From a virus (lineage: Duplodnaviria; Caudoviricetes): a DNA stretch of 26,305 nt. Shown here piece after piece: positions 14,195-22,574 of this stretch. A program made the position numbers and the translations under genes. The notes under the pieces are model-generated. The model had not been told where the DNA came from. It saw nothing but the letters and a program-made list of their open reading frames with translations, and did no database searches. Position 1 is the first letter of the stretch. The number at the start of each line of letters is the position of its first letter. Where the stretch lies: positions 1 through 26,305 of IMG/VR virus record IMGVR_UViG_3300029183_000039; one strand, written 5' to 3'.

Positions 14195-16285
14195 ATGGTA
14201 AAGTTAATAGCAATTGACTTTGAAACCTATCTCATATCGGCTGAGGAAGTAATTCCAAGGCCGGTATGTCTATCTTGGGCAGATGATCTTAATACAGGGC
14301 TAGTTGCTACTAAAACAGAAATGGAAACTGTCCTTAAAAATTACTTAGAAGATGATAATGTGGTTATCATTGCTCATAATGCTGAGTTCGAAGGTAATGT
14401 TATAGATAAACATTTCCCTAACTTACAATCTGCTTTATATAAAAAGTTTTTAGATGGAAAGTTTACATGTACTAAAGTTTATGAACAACATATTAGTAAT
14501 ATAGAGCAAAGAGGCTTACATAGTTTCGCTCTTGATAGCTTAGTTAAAAAATATTTTAAGCTGGATATCTCAGAAGATAAAAAGAATCCAGATGCTTGGA
14601 GATTAAGATATCACGAATTAGATGGAATTCCTGTAGATGAATGGCCTGAAGAAGCTAAGCGATATGCAATAGACGATTCTAAATGGGCTTTAAAAATTTA
14701 TAAACTTCAACAAGAAAATAAATTAAACATTGATTTAAGTGTTTGTGCTGACTTTTTTCTAAATAAAATGGGTAATTTAGGGATAACAACTGATCATGAC
14801 AGAGTTTTACTATTAGAAAAAGAATTAATAGCTAAATTAACTCCTAAATATAAAGCTTTAGAAGAAAAAGGATTAACACAGTTAGGAATAAATGGAAAAT
14901 ATAAAAAAAATGTTAACAATTTAAGGGCTTATATAACAGAAAATGTTACAGCTTTAGAATATACAGCCAAAGGAAGTGTAGCAGTAGCTTCAGAGGTTTT
15001 AGTTCGCTATTTAGGAAGCTTACCTGAAGATAGTAAAGTAAAAGATACTTTACAAAACTACATAGATATCATGAAAAGTGAAAAAATCTTAACCGCGTTT
15101 GTCTCTAGATTAAAAGAAGCTAATCCATATATTCGTTCGAGATATAAAGCAGTAGTATCTTCTGGACGAACTAGTAGTTCTACATCTCAGAATTATCCTT
15201 CTGTGAATATACAACAAATGCCTAGAGCCGTTCAAGGTGTAACTTGGGATATTAGGAATTGTTTTATTCCCAGAAAAGGCTATAAAATAGTTAGTATTGA
15301 CTATGCAGGATTAGAATTAGCTAGTACAGCTCACCAACTTAATTCTTTATTAGGTATGCATGATATGTTAGATACAATTAATTCAGGAGAAGAGCCTGTA
15401 GATATGCACAGCATGTTAGCATATAGATTAATGAATCTAAAAGAAAAAACTAAAGAAACTTATAAATCTTTTGTTAGTAAAAAGAAAGAAGCTCCTTATA
15501 AAGATTATCGACAATTAGCTAAGCCTATCAATTTAGGATTCCCAGGTGGAATTGGTTATGATACTATGCGCACATTATTAGCTAGAGATAATATTTTCCC
15601 TAAACTTCAAGTACTAGAAAGCTCTCCATTCGAAAACCAATTAACTTGGAAACGTTCTAGATGTCGTAAAGAAGGCTATCCTGTAAGAATAAGACGCGTA
15701 GAAGAAAAGAAATTCGAATTAATATATGATGAATTAGTTGGATTGAAGCAAGAGTTATTCGGTTTATATCCTGATTTAGAATATTTCCTTAAAAATGGAC
15801 ACCTGAATTTTTTAACAGGTAATCATAAGATGATGAAGAACGAGTATGGAGAATGGGAAAAAGAACCTATGTACGGTTTCGAAGTACAAGGATTCAATAG
15901 AGATTGGTGTACATATACACAGCTTTGTAATGGCTTATTAATGCAATCTCCAGCAGCTATTGGAGCTAAGAAAGCTATGGTAGAGATTATACGGCGCTTT
16001 TCGGGCGATAAACGGATACATCCACTTGCCTTTATTCACGATGAAATTGTGTTCGAAGTCTTGACAAATGATGAAATGTATGCTATAATAGAAGAAATAT
16101 CAGAGATAATGATAGATAAGATGCAAAGTGTTTTAAAAGATGTAAGGATAACCGTAGAAGCTGAAGCATTTGATTACTGGAAAAAAGCCGGTGGATTTTA
16201 CGAAAAGACTTATTGGAAAGACGCTAATAATAAAGAATTAAAAAGTTACGGAGATTTAGTTGATGGACACAGGAAAGAAATTTAA
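14195..16285 (+). CDS. polA: Family A DNA polymerase with 3'-5' exonuclease domain
   Basis: ExoI DFET, ExoII HNAEFE, ExoIII YAIDD; SGRTSS..NIQQMPR; motif A DYAGLE; motif B RQLAKPINLGFPGG; motif C IHDEI. Confidence 0.93.
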   Translation: MVKLIAIDFETYLISAEEVIPRPVCLSWADDLNTGLVATKTEMETVLKNYLEDDNVVIIAHNAEFEGNVIDKHFPNLQSALYKKFLDGKFTCTKVYEQHISNIEQRGLHSFALDSLVKKYFKLDISEDKKNPDAWRLRYHELDGIPVDEWPEEAKRYAIDDSKWALKIYKLQQENKLNIDLSVCADFFLNKMGNLGITTDHDRVLLLEKELIAKLTPKYKALEEKGLTQLGINGKYKKNVNNLRAYITENVTALEYTAKGSVAVASEVLVRYLGSLPEDSKVKDTLQNYIDIMKSEKILTAFVSRLKEANPYIRSRYKAVVSSGRTSSSTSQNYPSVNIQQMPRAVQGVTWDIRNCFIPRKGYKIVSIDYAGLELASTAHQLNSLLGMHDMLDTINSGEEPVDMHSMLAYRLMNLKEKTKETYKSFVSKKKEAPYKDYRQLAKPINLGFPGGIGYDTMRTLLARDNIFPKLQVLESSPFENQLTWKRSRCRKEGYPVRIRRVEEKKFELIYDELVGLKQELFGLYPDLEYFLKNGHLNFLTGNHKMMKNEYGEWEKEPMYGFEVQGFNRDWCTYTQLCNGLLMQSPAAIGAKKAMVEIIRRFSGDKRIHPLAFIHDEIVFEVLTNDEMYAIIEEISEIMIDKMQSVLKDVRITVEAEAFDYWKKAGGFYEKTYWKDANNKELKSYGDLVDGHRKEI
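16061..16089 (+). promoter_or_regulatory. Perfect sigma70 promoter inside the polA 3' end
   Basis: TTGACA-N17-TATAAT with TGn. Confidence 0.75.
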
Positions 16286-16559
16286 ATGTAGAAACTGTGC
16301 TACTATAGTACAAAGTATCCATAGACATGATTGGTCTCCTTGTCAATGCTATATAGCAACTCTTGAATTAGCTAAACATTATGCAACTGACTATTTAAAC
16401 AAATTAAAACATCTTAACGTTACCGTAAGTAATGAAGATGAACATAGAATTAGGGGTTTATTTCAAAATACTCACCTACGAGGATTCTTTGTAGACGGAG
16501 GTGGAGCTTATCTTCGTTGCGGAGGAAAATTAGAAGATATGGAGGAATATCATGGCTGA
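16260..16559 (+). CDS. Cys-rich putative zinc-binding phage protein
   Basis: C..C...S.HRHD...C.C and VDGG..YLR motifs separated by ~40 extra residues. Confidence 0.65.
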   Translation: MMDTGKKFKCRNCATIVQSIHRHDWSPCQCYIATLELAKHYATDYLNKLKHLNVTVSNEDEHRIRGLFQNTHLRGFFVDGGGAYLRCGGKLEDMEEYHG

Positions 16560-16791
16560 CGATTATTCACAAAGAGCTGCTAAAGGGCAAGCTTATAACT
16601 TAGCAATTTTAACAGCAATTGCTGACGGTAGACAACATGACAATGAATATATTGTTAAACAATTTTTAAGGCATATGCAATTTGCAGCTCTTGTTCAAAA
16701 GGCAAATCCAGAACAATTAGCAGAGCTATTAAATAGTCCTAGAATGTTAGATTTAATTAAAAATTTAGATCAAGCTATAGGTGATGCATGA
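16552..16791 (+). CDS. Hypothetical protein
   Basis: 79 aa, GGAGG RBS. Confidence 0.65.
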   Translation: MADDYSQRAAKGQAYNLAILTAIADGRQHDNEYIVKQFLRHMQFAALVQKANPEQLAELLNSPRMLDLIKNLDQAIGDA

Positions 16792-17456
16792 GTTTTCAAG
16801 AATTAAAACCAGAAACAGAAGAAGCTTGGTTAGAACTACGAACAAAAGTGGTTACTGCTTCTGATATGGGTATTCTTCTAGGCTTAAATAAATGGAAATC
16901 TGTTTCTGAAATGGTTAAAAATAAAGAAAACTTTGAACCATTTTCGAATAGTTATACTTGGTTAGGTCAAGAACTTGAACCTGTAGTTGTATCTGCCGTT
17001 AATACAGTTCTAGGTAAAGAGTTTAAATTATTTGAAAATGGATCTAGAAGTTTCTTTGTAGATATGGATATAGGTTTAGGAGCTACTCCAGATGCAGGAG
17101 ACGGGATTATTCTTTTAGAATGTAAATCTACAAAACCTGGAAATACTTTAAGATGGGGAGAATGGCCACCAGCTTATTATCTGTCTCAATTGTATACTCA
17201 GATGATTTGTTGTGATTATGATTTAGGATATTTAGGTATTTTAGGTACTAATTTAACACAGAAAACAGAAGTATTAAATTTACCTCTTACTATTTTTAGA
17301 TTAGAAAGAACAAAAGAACTTGATGAAATATTTTTATCGACTGTTAAAGATTTTTGGGCAGCTAAAAATGCAGGTAAATTATATAGAGTTAATAGAAAGG
17401 CTGCTCCTGTAACTGAAATTAAATTAAGAAGTCAGGTACGTAAGATATATGGATAA
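16788..17456 (+). CDS. YqaJ/lambda-exonuclease family nuclease
   Basis: W...R...TASD, G..LEP, ATPD, LECK, Q...QM. Confidence 0.88.
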   Translation: MSFQELKPETEEAWLELRTKVVTASDMGILLGLNKWKSVSEMVKNKENFEPFSNSYTWLGQELEPVVVSAVNTVLGKEFKLFENGSRSFFVDMDIGLGATPDAGDGIILLECKSTKPGNTLRWGEWPPAYYLSQLYTQMICCDYDLGYLGILGTNLTQKTEVLNLPLTIFRLERTKELDEIFLSTVKDFWAAKNAGKLYRVNRKAAPVTEIKLRSQVRKIYG

Positions 17457-18030
17457 GCATGTGAAAGATAATGAATTATATGATGTGAAAAGTGTAATTG
17501 ATTGGCAAATTTACCAAGCGACTAAAGGTAATAAAACACCTATCCCTTATGATGAATTATATCAAATAGGATATATGGGCTACCTTAAAGCTCAAAAGAA
17601 TTATGATCCTACTTTTGGTAAAATGACACTTAATTATGCTTCAATTTATATCTATCAAGAAATTATTAGTGCTCTTAAAAAGGAATATAAATATATTAAC
17701 AATACAGCAAAGCCAGAAATAAATTTAGGCGGGAATAAAGAAGATCAAATAAAAGATTCCACTGCTTGGTTAGAAAATCAACCTGATCCTAATCCTCAAC
17801 CTAAAGATATTAAAATAGATATTGAAAAAATACAAAAAGTATTGCCTAAATTATCTTTAAAAGATCAAGAATATATTGAGATGTTTTATTTATCTTCTAA
17901 TCCAAAACGATTAGTGGATGTCGCTAAAGAGAGAGGTGTATCTAAACAAAGAATACATCAAATAAAAGAAAGAAGCTTAAAGAATTTAAGAAAATTAATA
18001 GATGATGAGGAGAATAAAAATGAGGATTAG
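17449..18030 (+). CDS. Sigma70-family alternative sigma factor (regions 2 and 4)
   Basis: DELYQIG.MG..KA...YDP..G...NYA..YI; L.DVA...GVSKQRIHQI...LKNLR. Confidence 0.85.
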   Translation: MDKHVKDNELYDVKSVIDWQIYQATKGNKTPIPYDELYQIGYMGYLKAQKNYDPTFGKMTLNYASIYIYQEIISALKKEYKYINNTAKPEINLGGNKEDQIKDSTAWLENQPDPNPQPKDIKIDIEKIQKVLPKLSLKDQEYIEMFYLSSNPKRLVDVAKERGVSKQRIHQIKERSLKNLRKLIDDEENKNED

Positions 18031-18634
18031 TTCTACTTGTTTAGCTGCCTTAAAGGCAGAAGATGGAAATTTATGGTTTGCTGGAGATCGTTTAATTACT
18101 TGGTATAATGGAAAAGCTTTAAAGCGTCCTCGTTCCAAGATTGCTAAAAGAAATAATATATTACTTGCAGGTACAGGTTATTGTGTAATTTGTAATTTAG
18201 TAGTGGAGCAATTCCCAGTACCTAAATATTCTGCAGATACACATGCTCCTCAAGAGTATATGCACACTGTATTTATACCTCAATTGATAAATTGGTTAAG
18301 ATCAGAAGGATGGGTAGACGAAGGTGAACGTCGTTTAAATATCGATTGTACAGAAGATGAATTAAAGAGTCATGAATATCCATCAGCAACATTTTTAATA
18401 GGTGTAGGTTCAGAGGTTTATGAACTAGATATCGATGTTAGAATGATTAGCTGCGATATTGTAGCTACTCCATATGCTATAGGTTGCGGTGGAGATTTAG
18501 CTCTAGGTAGCTTATATACTACAAGTTCGTTAGATATGACACCTAAGAATAGATTGAAATGTGCCTTAAAAGTCGCAGCTGCAGTTAGTCCTGGTTGTGA
18601 CGATAACATAGATATATTATCTAATAAAGCTTGA
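18020..18634 (+). CDS. HslV/proteasome-beta-like Ntn threonine protease (start revised from 18002)
   Basis: TCLAA, AGD, SKI, AGTG, AIGCGG..ALG; GAGGAG RBS. Confidence 0.8.
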   Translation: MRISSTCLAALKAEDGNLWFAGDRLITWYNGKALKRPRSKIAKRNNILLAGTGYCVICNLVVEQFPVPKYSADTHAPQEYMHTVFIPQLINWLRSEGWVDEGERRLNIDCTEDELKSHEYPSATFLIGVGSEVYELDIDVRMISCDIVATPYAIGCGGDLALGSLYTTSSLDMTPKNRLKCALKVAAAVSPGCDDNIDILSNKA

Positions 18635-18659
18635 CAAACTAGCCTTTTAGTGCTATACT
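18631..18659 (+). promoter_or_regulatory. Sigma70 promoter
   Basis: TTGACA-N17-TATACT with TGn. Confidence 0.75.
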
Positions 18660-18665
18660 AAATAA

Positions 18666-19085
18666 ATGGAGATTGAAAGCATGAAAAAACCTTGTAACTT
18701 ATCTTTACCTTGGCCACCATCTGTAAACCATTATTGGATTTCAAGATGCGGTAAAAGTAAAACAGGAAAACCTATAGTCTTAAAATGTGTAGGGAAAAGA
18801 GGTAAAGAATTTCGAGAAGAAGTTGACAGTATAGTGAGATCTTTAGGAGCTGAGCCTTTAACAGGTAGGTTAATATTAGATATAGCATTATATCCACCTA
18901 CTAAAAGAAAATTTGATATTGATAATTATTTAAAAGCAACTCTAGATGCTTTGCAACATGCAGGCTTATTTGAAGACGATGAACAAATTGATTGTATAAC
19001 TGTAAAGAAATATGTAGATCAAGTGGTTCCGGGCGGACAAGTATTAATGATAGTGAGGGAGAAACATGAACAAGAAAATATTTAA
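18666..19085 (+). CDS. rusA: RusA-family Holliday junction resolvase
   Basis: LPWPPSVNHYW, DIDN..K...DAL, DD.QI. Confidence 0.9.
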   Translation: MEIESMKKPCNLSLPWPPSVNHYWISRCGKSKTGKPIVLKCVGKRGKEFREEVDSIVRSLGAEPLTGRLILDIALYPPTKRKFDIDNYLKATLDALQHAGLFEDDEQIDCITVKKYVDQVVPGGQVLMIVREKHEQENI

Positions 19086-19956
19086 AGACATTAAATTGAT
19101 GGTTTATGATATAGAAACCCTCTATTTATCTGGAAATTTTTGGTCGCTAGGTAAACAAATAGTAAGACATCATCAATTATCTCATCATAGAGATATGACA
19201 GAAATTATTTGTATTACTTATATGTTTAATGACGGTAAAGGACCACAAGCATTAGTCTTCGATCCTACAAAAGATGATTCTGCCGTGAAGATGATTGAAG
19301 AATTTGACGAATTAGTAAAAGAATGCGATGTTGTTATAGGAAAGAATAGTAATCGTTTTGATGCCAAACATATTAATATGCAAAGATTGATGTCTGATTT
19401 ACCTCCTTGCCCTGAATGGCTAAATTGTCATGATGATATTGAAGTTCAAATGAGAAGATATTTTAAACTTCCAAGTCAAGGTTTAGATTTCTGGTCTAAG
19501 AAATTAGGATTTGGAGGTAAAGTCACAATGCAATGGAGTGACTGGAAAGATATTGAAGCATATAGAACTTTAATCCATTTAAAAGCTAAAGGACTAAAAG
19601 GAAAGCCACTTGATATAATTAGTGATCATTATTATGGAGATAAAGCTAAAGCTATTTTAAAAGTAGGGAAGAAATCTTTAGATAAAATGGTATATTATGG
19701 AAAGAAAGACGTTAAGGATACATATGATTTAATCTGTAAACTAGCTCCTCACGTTAATTTAAAACTTAATATAGGCGCAACAGTAGGTCCTCAAAGATGT
19801 AAGAAATGTGGATCTGCAAAAATTACAGAACAATATAGAAAATTTAGTGGAAGCAGGAAATTTATATATTTTTATTGTAAAGGACATAATGGATCTGCTG
19901 GACGAATTAGTGTAAGAAAAGATGGTACTTATGATAAAAACGGCATATTAAGATAG
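19066..19956 (+). CDS. DEDD/RNase H-like 3'-5' exonuclease with C-terminal zinc ribbon
   Basis: YDIET, N..RFD, Y...DV..T; C..CGS ... C..H. Confidence 0.75.
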   Translation: MNKKIFKDIKLMVYDIETLYLSGNFWSLGKQIVRHHQLSHHRDMTEIICITYMFNDGKGPQALVFDPTKDDSAVKMIEEFDELVKECDVVIGKNSNRFDAKHINMQRLMSDLPPCPEWLNCHDDIEVQMRRYFKLPSQGLDFWSKKLGFGGKVTMQWSDWKDIEAYRTLIHLKAKGLKGKPLDIISDHYYGDKAKAILKVGKKSLDKMVYYGKKDVKDTYDLICKLAPHVNLKLNIGATVGPQRCKKCGSAKITEQYRKFSGSRKFIYFYCKGHNGSAGRISVRKDGTYDKNGILR

Positions 19957-19966
19957 GAGACTCCCC

Positions 19967-21250
19967 ATGGTTAAACTAACCGAAACCAGTATAAGTCCTC
20001 AGGATATAATAGAAAAGTTAGATGAGGTTATTGTTGGTCAACAACACGCTAAAGAGACTATTGCTACTGCTTTATATTTACACTTTATATCTTATTTACA
20101 ATCACAAAATGGGAAAGAACCCTATCCTAAAGCACATACTTTATTAATAGGTCCTAGCGGTAACGGTAAAACATTTTTGGTTAAGAATGCTTGTAGAATT
20201 ATGCAGGAATTAACTTATAAGACCTTTGCCCCTATTATTGAGATTGACTGTACCGCTTTAAGTGTAGAAGGTTGGGCAGGCCCTAACATGTCAGATTATT
20301 TAACTGATCATTTAAGTAGATATAGTGGAGATGAAATAGCTTTGAATACAGCTGTCCTATATTTTGATGAGTTTGATAAACTTTGTATACCTGCTGTTAG
20401 TTCTGGAGGAACTGATATGCATAAACAAGTGCAATACTCTCTATTAAAAGTTATTGAGGGTTTTAATTATATGACCGGTTCTAATATTGGTTTTTCAAGT
20501 ATTAAGTCAGCTAATACTACTGGATTTCTATGTGTTTTTTCTGGAAACTTTGCAGAATATAGAGAAGCTCAAGATAAAGGCAGAAAAGGTTCTATAGGTT
20601 TTAATAATAATATTGAAAGTAATGATGAACTAAAAATGGAATCAACTCTACAGAAAGTAGGATTAGCAACACAGCTATTAGGACGTATCTCAAAGATTAC
20701 AGAGATCACTAGATTAACTAAAGAAGAATTAATGGATATTATTCGCCAAAATATATTACCTAATATTGAAGCTTTAAGTGAATTATTAAAATTTGATATT
20801 AATATTACTAATGAAGATATAGAAGGCATTGCCGATGAAGCCATAAAAAATAAGACGGGTGCTAGAGGCTTGAAATCTGAAATGGAAAAATTATTACAAG
20901 ATAAAATATTACCTACTAGATTTAACTATACTAAAATAGATAAAGAGAAGCCCGTTAAAACTAAATCTTTATTGGCTACTAATGAGGGTAATAAGGCCAG
21001 AGTTATAAATGCTTATTATATTGACGGTAAATGGCCTGACAATGAAGCTGACGTTAAGATATTAAATGATGTAGGTATATTTAAAGATAAAATGGAAGAA
21101 GATTTCTTCGACGATATCGATATTACAGAATTTGATGAGGAAGAATTAGCAGAATGGGAACAATTTACTAAAGAATTAGAAGATTCTTTCAAAGATTTTT
21201 TAGAAGATGTAAAAAATGAAGAGGACGAGGATGACGATGAAGACAAATGA
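19967..21250 (+). CDS. clpX: ClpX-like AAA+ unfoldase lacking the N-terminal zinc domain, with an acidic C-terminal tail
   Basis: VGQ..AK, Walker A GPSGNGKT, pore-1 GWAG, Walker B FDEFDK, VQ.SLLK.IEG, IGF loop, LLGR, GARGL. Confidence 0.85.
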   Translation: MVKLTETSISPQDIIEKLDEVIVGQQHAKETIATALYLHFISYLQSQNGKEPYPKAHTLLIGPSGNGKTFLVKNACRIMQELTYKTFAPIIEIDCTALSVEGWAGPNMSDYLTDHLSRYSGDEIALNTAVLYFDEFDKLCIPAVSSGGTDMHKQVQYSLLKVIEGFNYMTGSNIGFSSIKSANTTGFLCVFSGNFAEYREAQDKGRKGSIGFNNNIESNDELKMESTLQKVGLATQLLGRISKITEITRLTKEELMDIIRQNILPNIEALSELLKFDINITNEDIEGIADEAIKNKTGARGLKSEMEKLLQDKILPTRFNYTKIDKEKPVKTKSLLATNEGNKARVINAYYIDGKWPDNEADVKILNDVGIFKDKMEEDFFDDIDITEFDEEELAEWEQFTKELEDSFKDFLEDVKNEEDEDDDEDK

Positions 21251-21557
21251 TTTTAATGATGTATTAGAAGTTGTAGAATTTGGAGCTAATAAATATGGAG
21301 AAGGGACTTGGTTAAACGAGGGTGTTTTTCGTAGAGGTCCTAGATTACAAAGCGCTTTCAGACATTTAATGAAAGACGCAGGGTTATATAATCCTAGCGA
21401 TCCAATTATACAGCAATTAGAATATAGATTAGGTTATGTGGGATACTCAGATGATGTTAAAGACGAAGAATCTGGATTATCTCATAAATTACATTGCGCA
21501 TGCAATATGTTAATGGCATATACACTTAGTAAACAAAAAATAGGAGAATGGAAATGA
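21237..21557 (+). CDS. dATP/dGTP diphosphohydrolase-like protein (DUF5664); start revised from 21216
   Basis: V.EFGA.KYG..W, SA.RHL, D.ESGLSH..H.ACN. Confidence 0.75.
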   Translation: MKTNDFNDVLEVVEFGANKYGEGTWLNEGVFRRGPRLQSAFRHLMKDAGLYNPSDPIIQQLEYRLGYVGYSDDVKDEESGLSHKLHCACNMLMAYTLSKQKIGEWK

Positions 21558-21730
21558 AAGTTACAATAAAAAAAGCACATCAACGAGATGAAAAACGATA
21601 TGGTTTAGGAATAAACTTGTGTATACAAGATTATTGGGTAGATACTTCTGATACACCTAAAAGAGGTTTTAGTTTAGAAGTACAACTTTTAAATTATGCA
21701 ATAGATTGGTATGTTTGGGAAAGAGAATGA
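21548..21730 (+). CDS. Hypothetical protein
   Basis: 60 aa, AGGAG RBS. Confidence 0.5.
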   Translation: MEMKVTIKKAHQRDEKRYGLGINLCIQDYWVDTSDTPKRGFSLEVQLLNYAIDWYVWERE

Positions 21731-21945
21731 TTAGTTTTTTAGACTATACAGGCTTGACTTTTGGACTAATAGGTGCTATACTAATAGGGAGGAAGATGAA
21801 GGAAGGGTTTTTAGCCTTCATTATAGCGAGTACAAGCTATCTGTTAATGGGGTACCTTTTAGGTACAATAGGATTGACCTTACAGAGCTTAATGTTTATT
21901 ATAATAGACGTATACTATTATAGGAGATGGAAAAGAGATGAGTAA
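21706..21945 (+). CDS. Small 3-TM membrane protein (PnuC-like pattern); likely start 21727
   Basis: G....G..L...K...GF, three hydrophobic helices, Y.RW ending. Confidence 0.55.
   Translation: MVCLGKRMISFLDYTGLTFGLIGAILIGRKMKEGFLAFIIASTSYLLMGYLLGTIGLTLQSLMFIIIDVYYYRRWKRDE
21754..21782 (+). promoter_or_regulatory. Sigma70 promoter inside a CDS
   Basis: TTGACT-N17-TATACT with TGn. Confidence 0.65.
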
Positions 21946-22141
21946 AGTATACATTATATTTCATAAATATGCAGAAGATTTAGCAGAACAGGTACGGGAA
22001 GTATATTTAAACGAAGACCAAGCGTATAAAAAATTGGAGTACTATCAGCTACGACAAACTCCTAAGAAATACCCCATAGGAGAAATATATTTCATGAGGG
22101 AATATGATATGTCAACAAATATAGAGGTTGAATATGAATAA
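21938..22141 (+). CDS. Hypothetical phage protein
   Basis: 67 aa, KVY...VY..E..A pattern, coupled overlaps. Confidence 0.55.
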   Translation: MSKVYIIFHKYAEDLAEQVREVYLNEDQAYKKLEYYQLRQTPKKYPIGEIYFMREYDMSTNIEVEYE

Positions 22142-22574
22142 TTTTATGAAAAGGCTAGGGTTAAGTGAGGAGAAGGTGTATTATTTAGCATCCCCTTACT
22201 CTCATAGAGATCCAGATAGAATGCATAAACGATTTGAGGCTATTGATGCAGTAGCTACATGGTTAATACGAGAGGGTGCGATGTTAATTGAACCTATTAG
22301 TATGTGCCACTCTAAATCATTAACTCATGAATTACCTGGTGGATATGAATACTGGCAACGGAGAGATAGAAAGTTTGTGAGTATGTGTGACGGAATCATT
22401 ATAACTAAACTTGAAGGTTGGGATAAATCAGTAGGTATGGCAGATGAATTACAATATGCCGCTAGTCTAGGTAAAGATATACATACTATTAATGTAACAG
22501 ATATGCCTGAAGATTTAATAGATGAGCTATATGGAATATATGAAGCAGATAGAGACGCAGAGGGGAATGAATAA
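22128..22574 (+). CDS. Nucleoside deoxyribosyltransferase-like protein (DUF1937)
   Basis: YLASPYS, PI...H, W...D.....CD......GW..S.G...E..A. Confidence 0.8.
   Translation: MNMNNFMKRLGLSEEKVYYLASPYSHRDPDRMHKRFEAIDAVATWLIREGAMLIEPISMCHSKSLTHELPGGYEYWQRRDRKFVSMCDGIIITKLEGWDKSVGMADELQYAASLGKDIHTINVTDMPEDLIDELYGIYEADRDAEGNE

Noticed and set aside
19967-21250. ATPase as HslU or as the missing helicase
   Set aside because: Has the ClpX IGF loop, lacks the HslU I-domain and shows no helicase motifs.
14195-22574. Firm call of a 2-aminoadenine (Z) genome
   Set aside because: No purZ or HD-domain dATPase in the window; DUF5664-like genes are not diagnostic.
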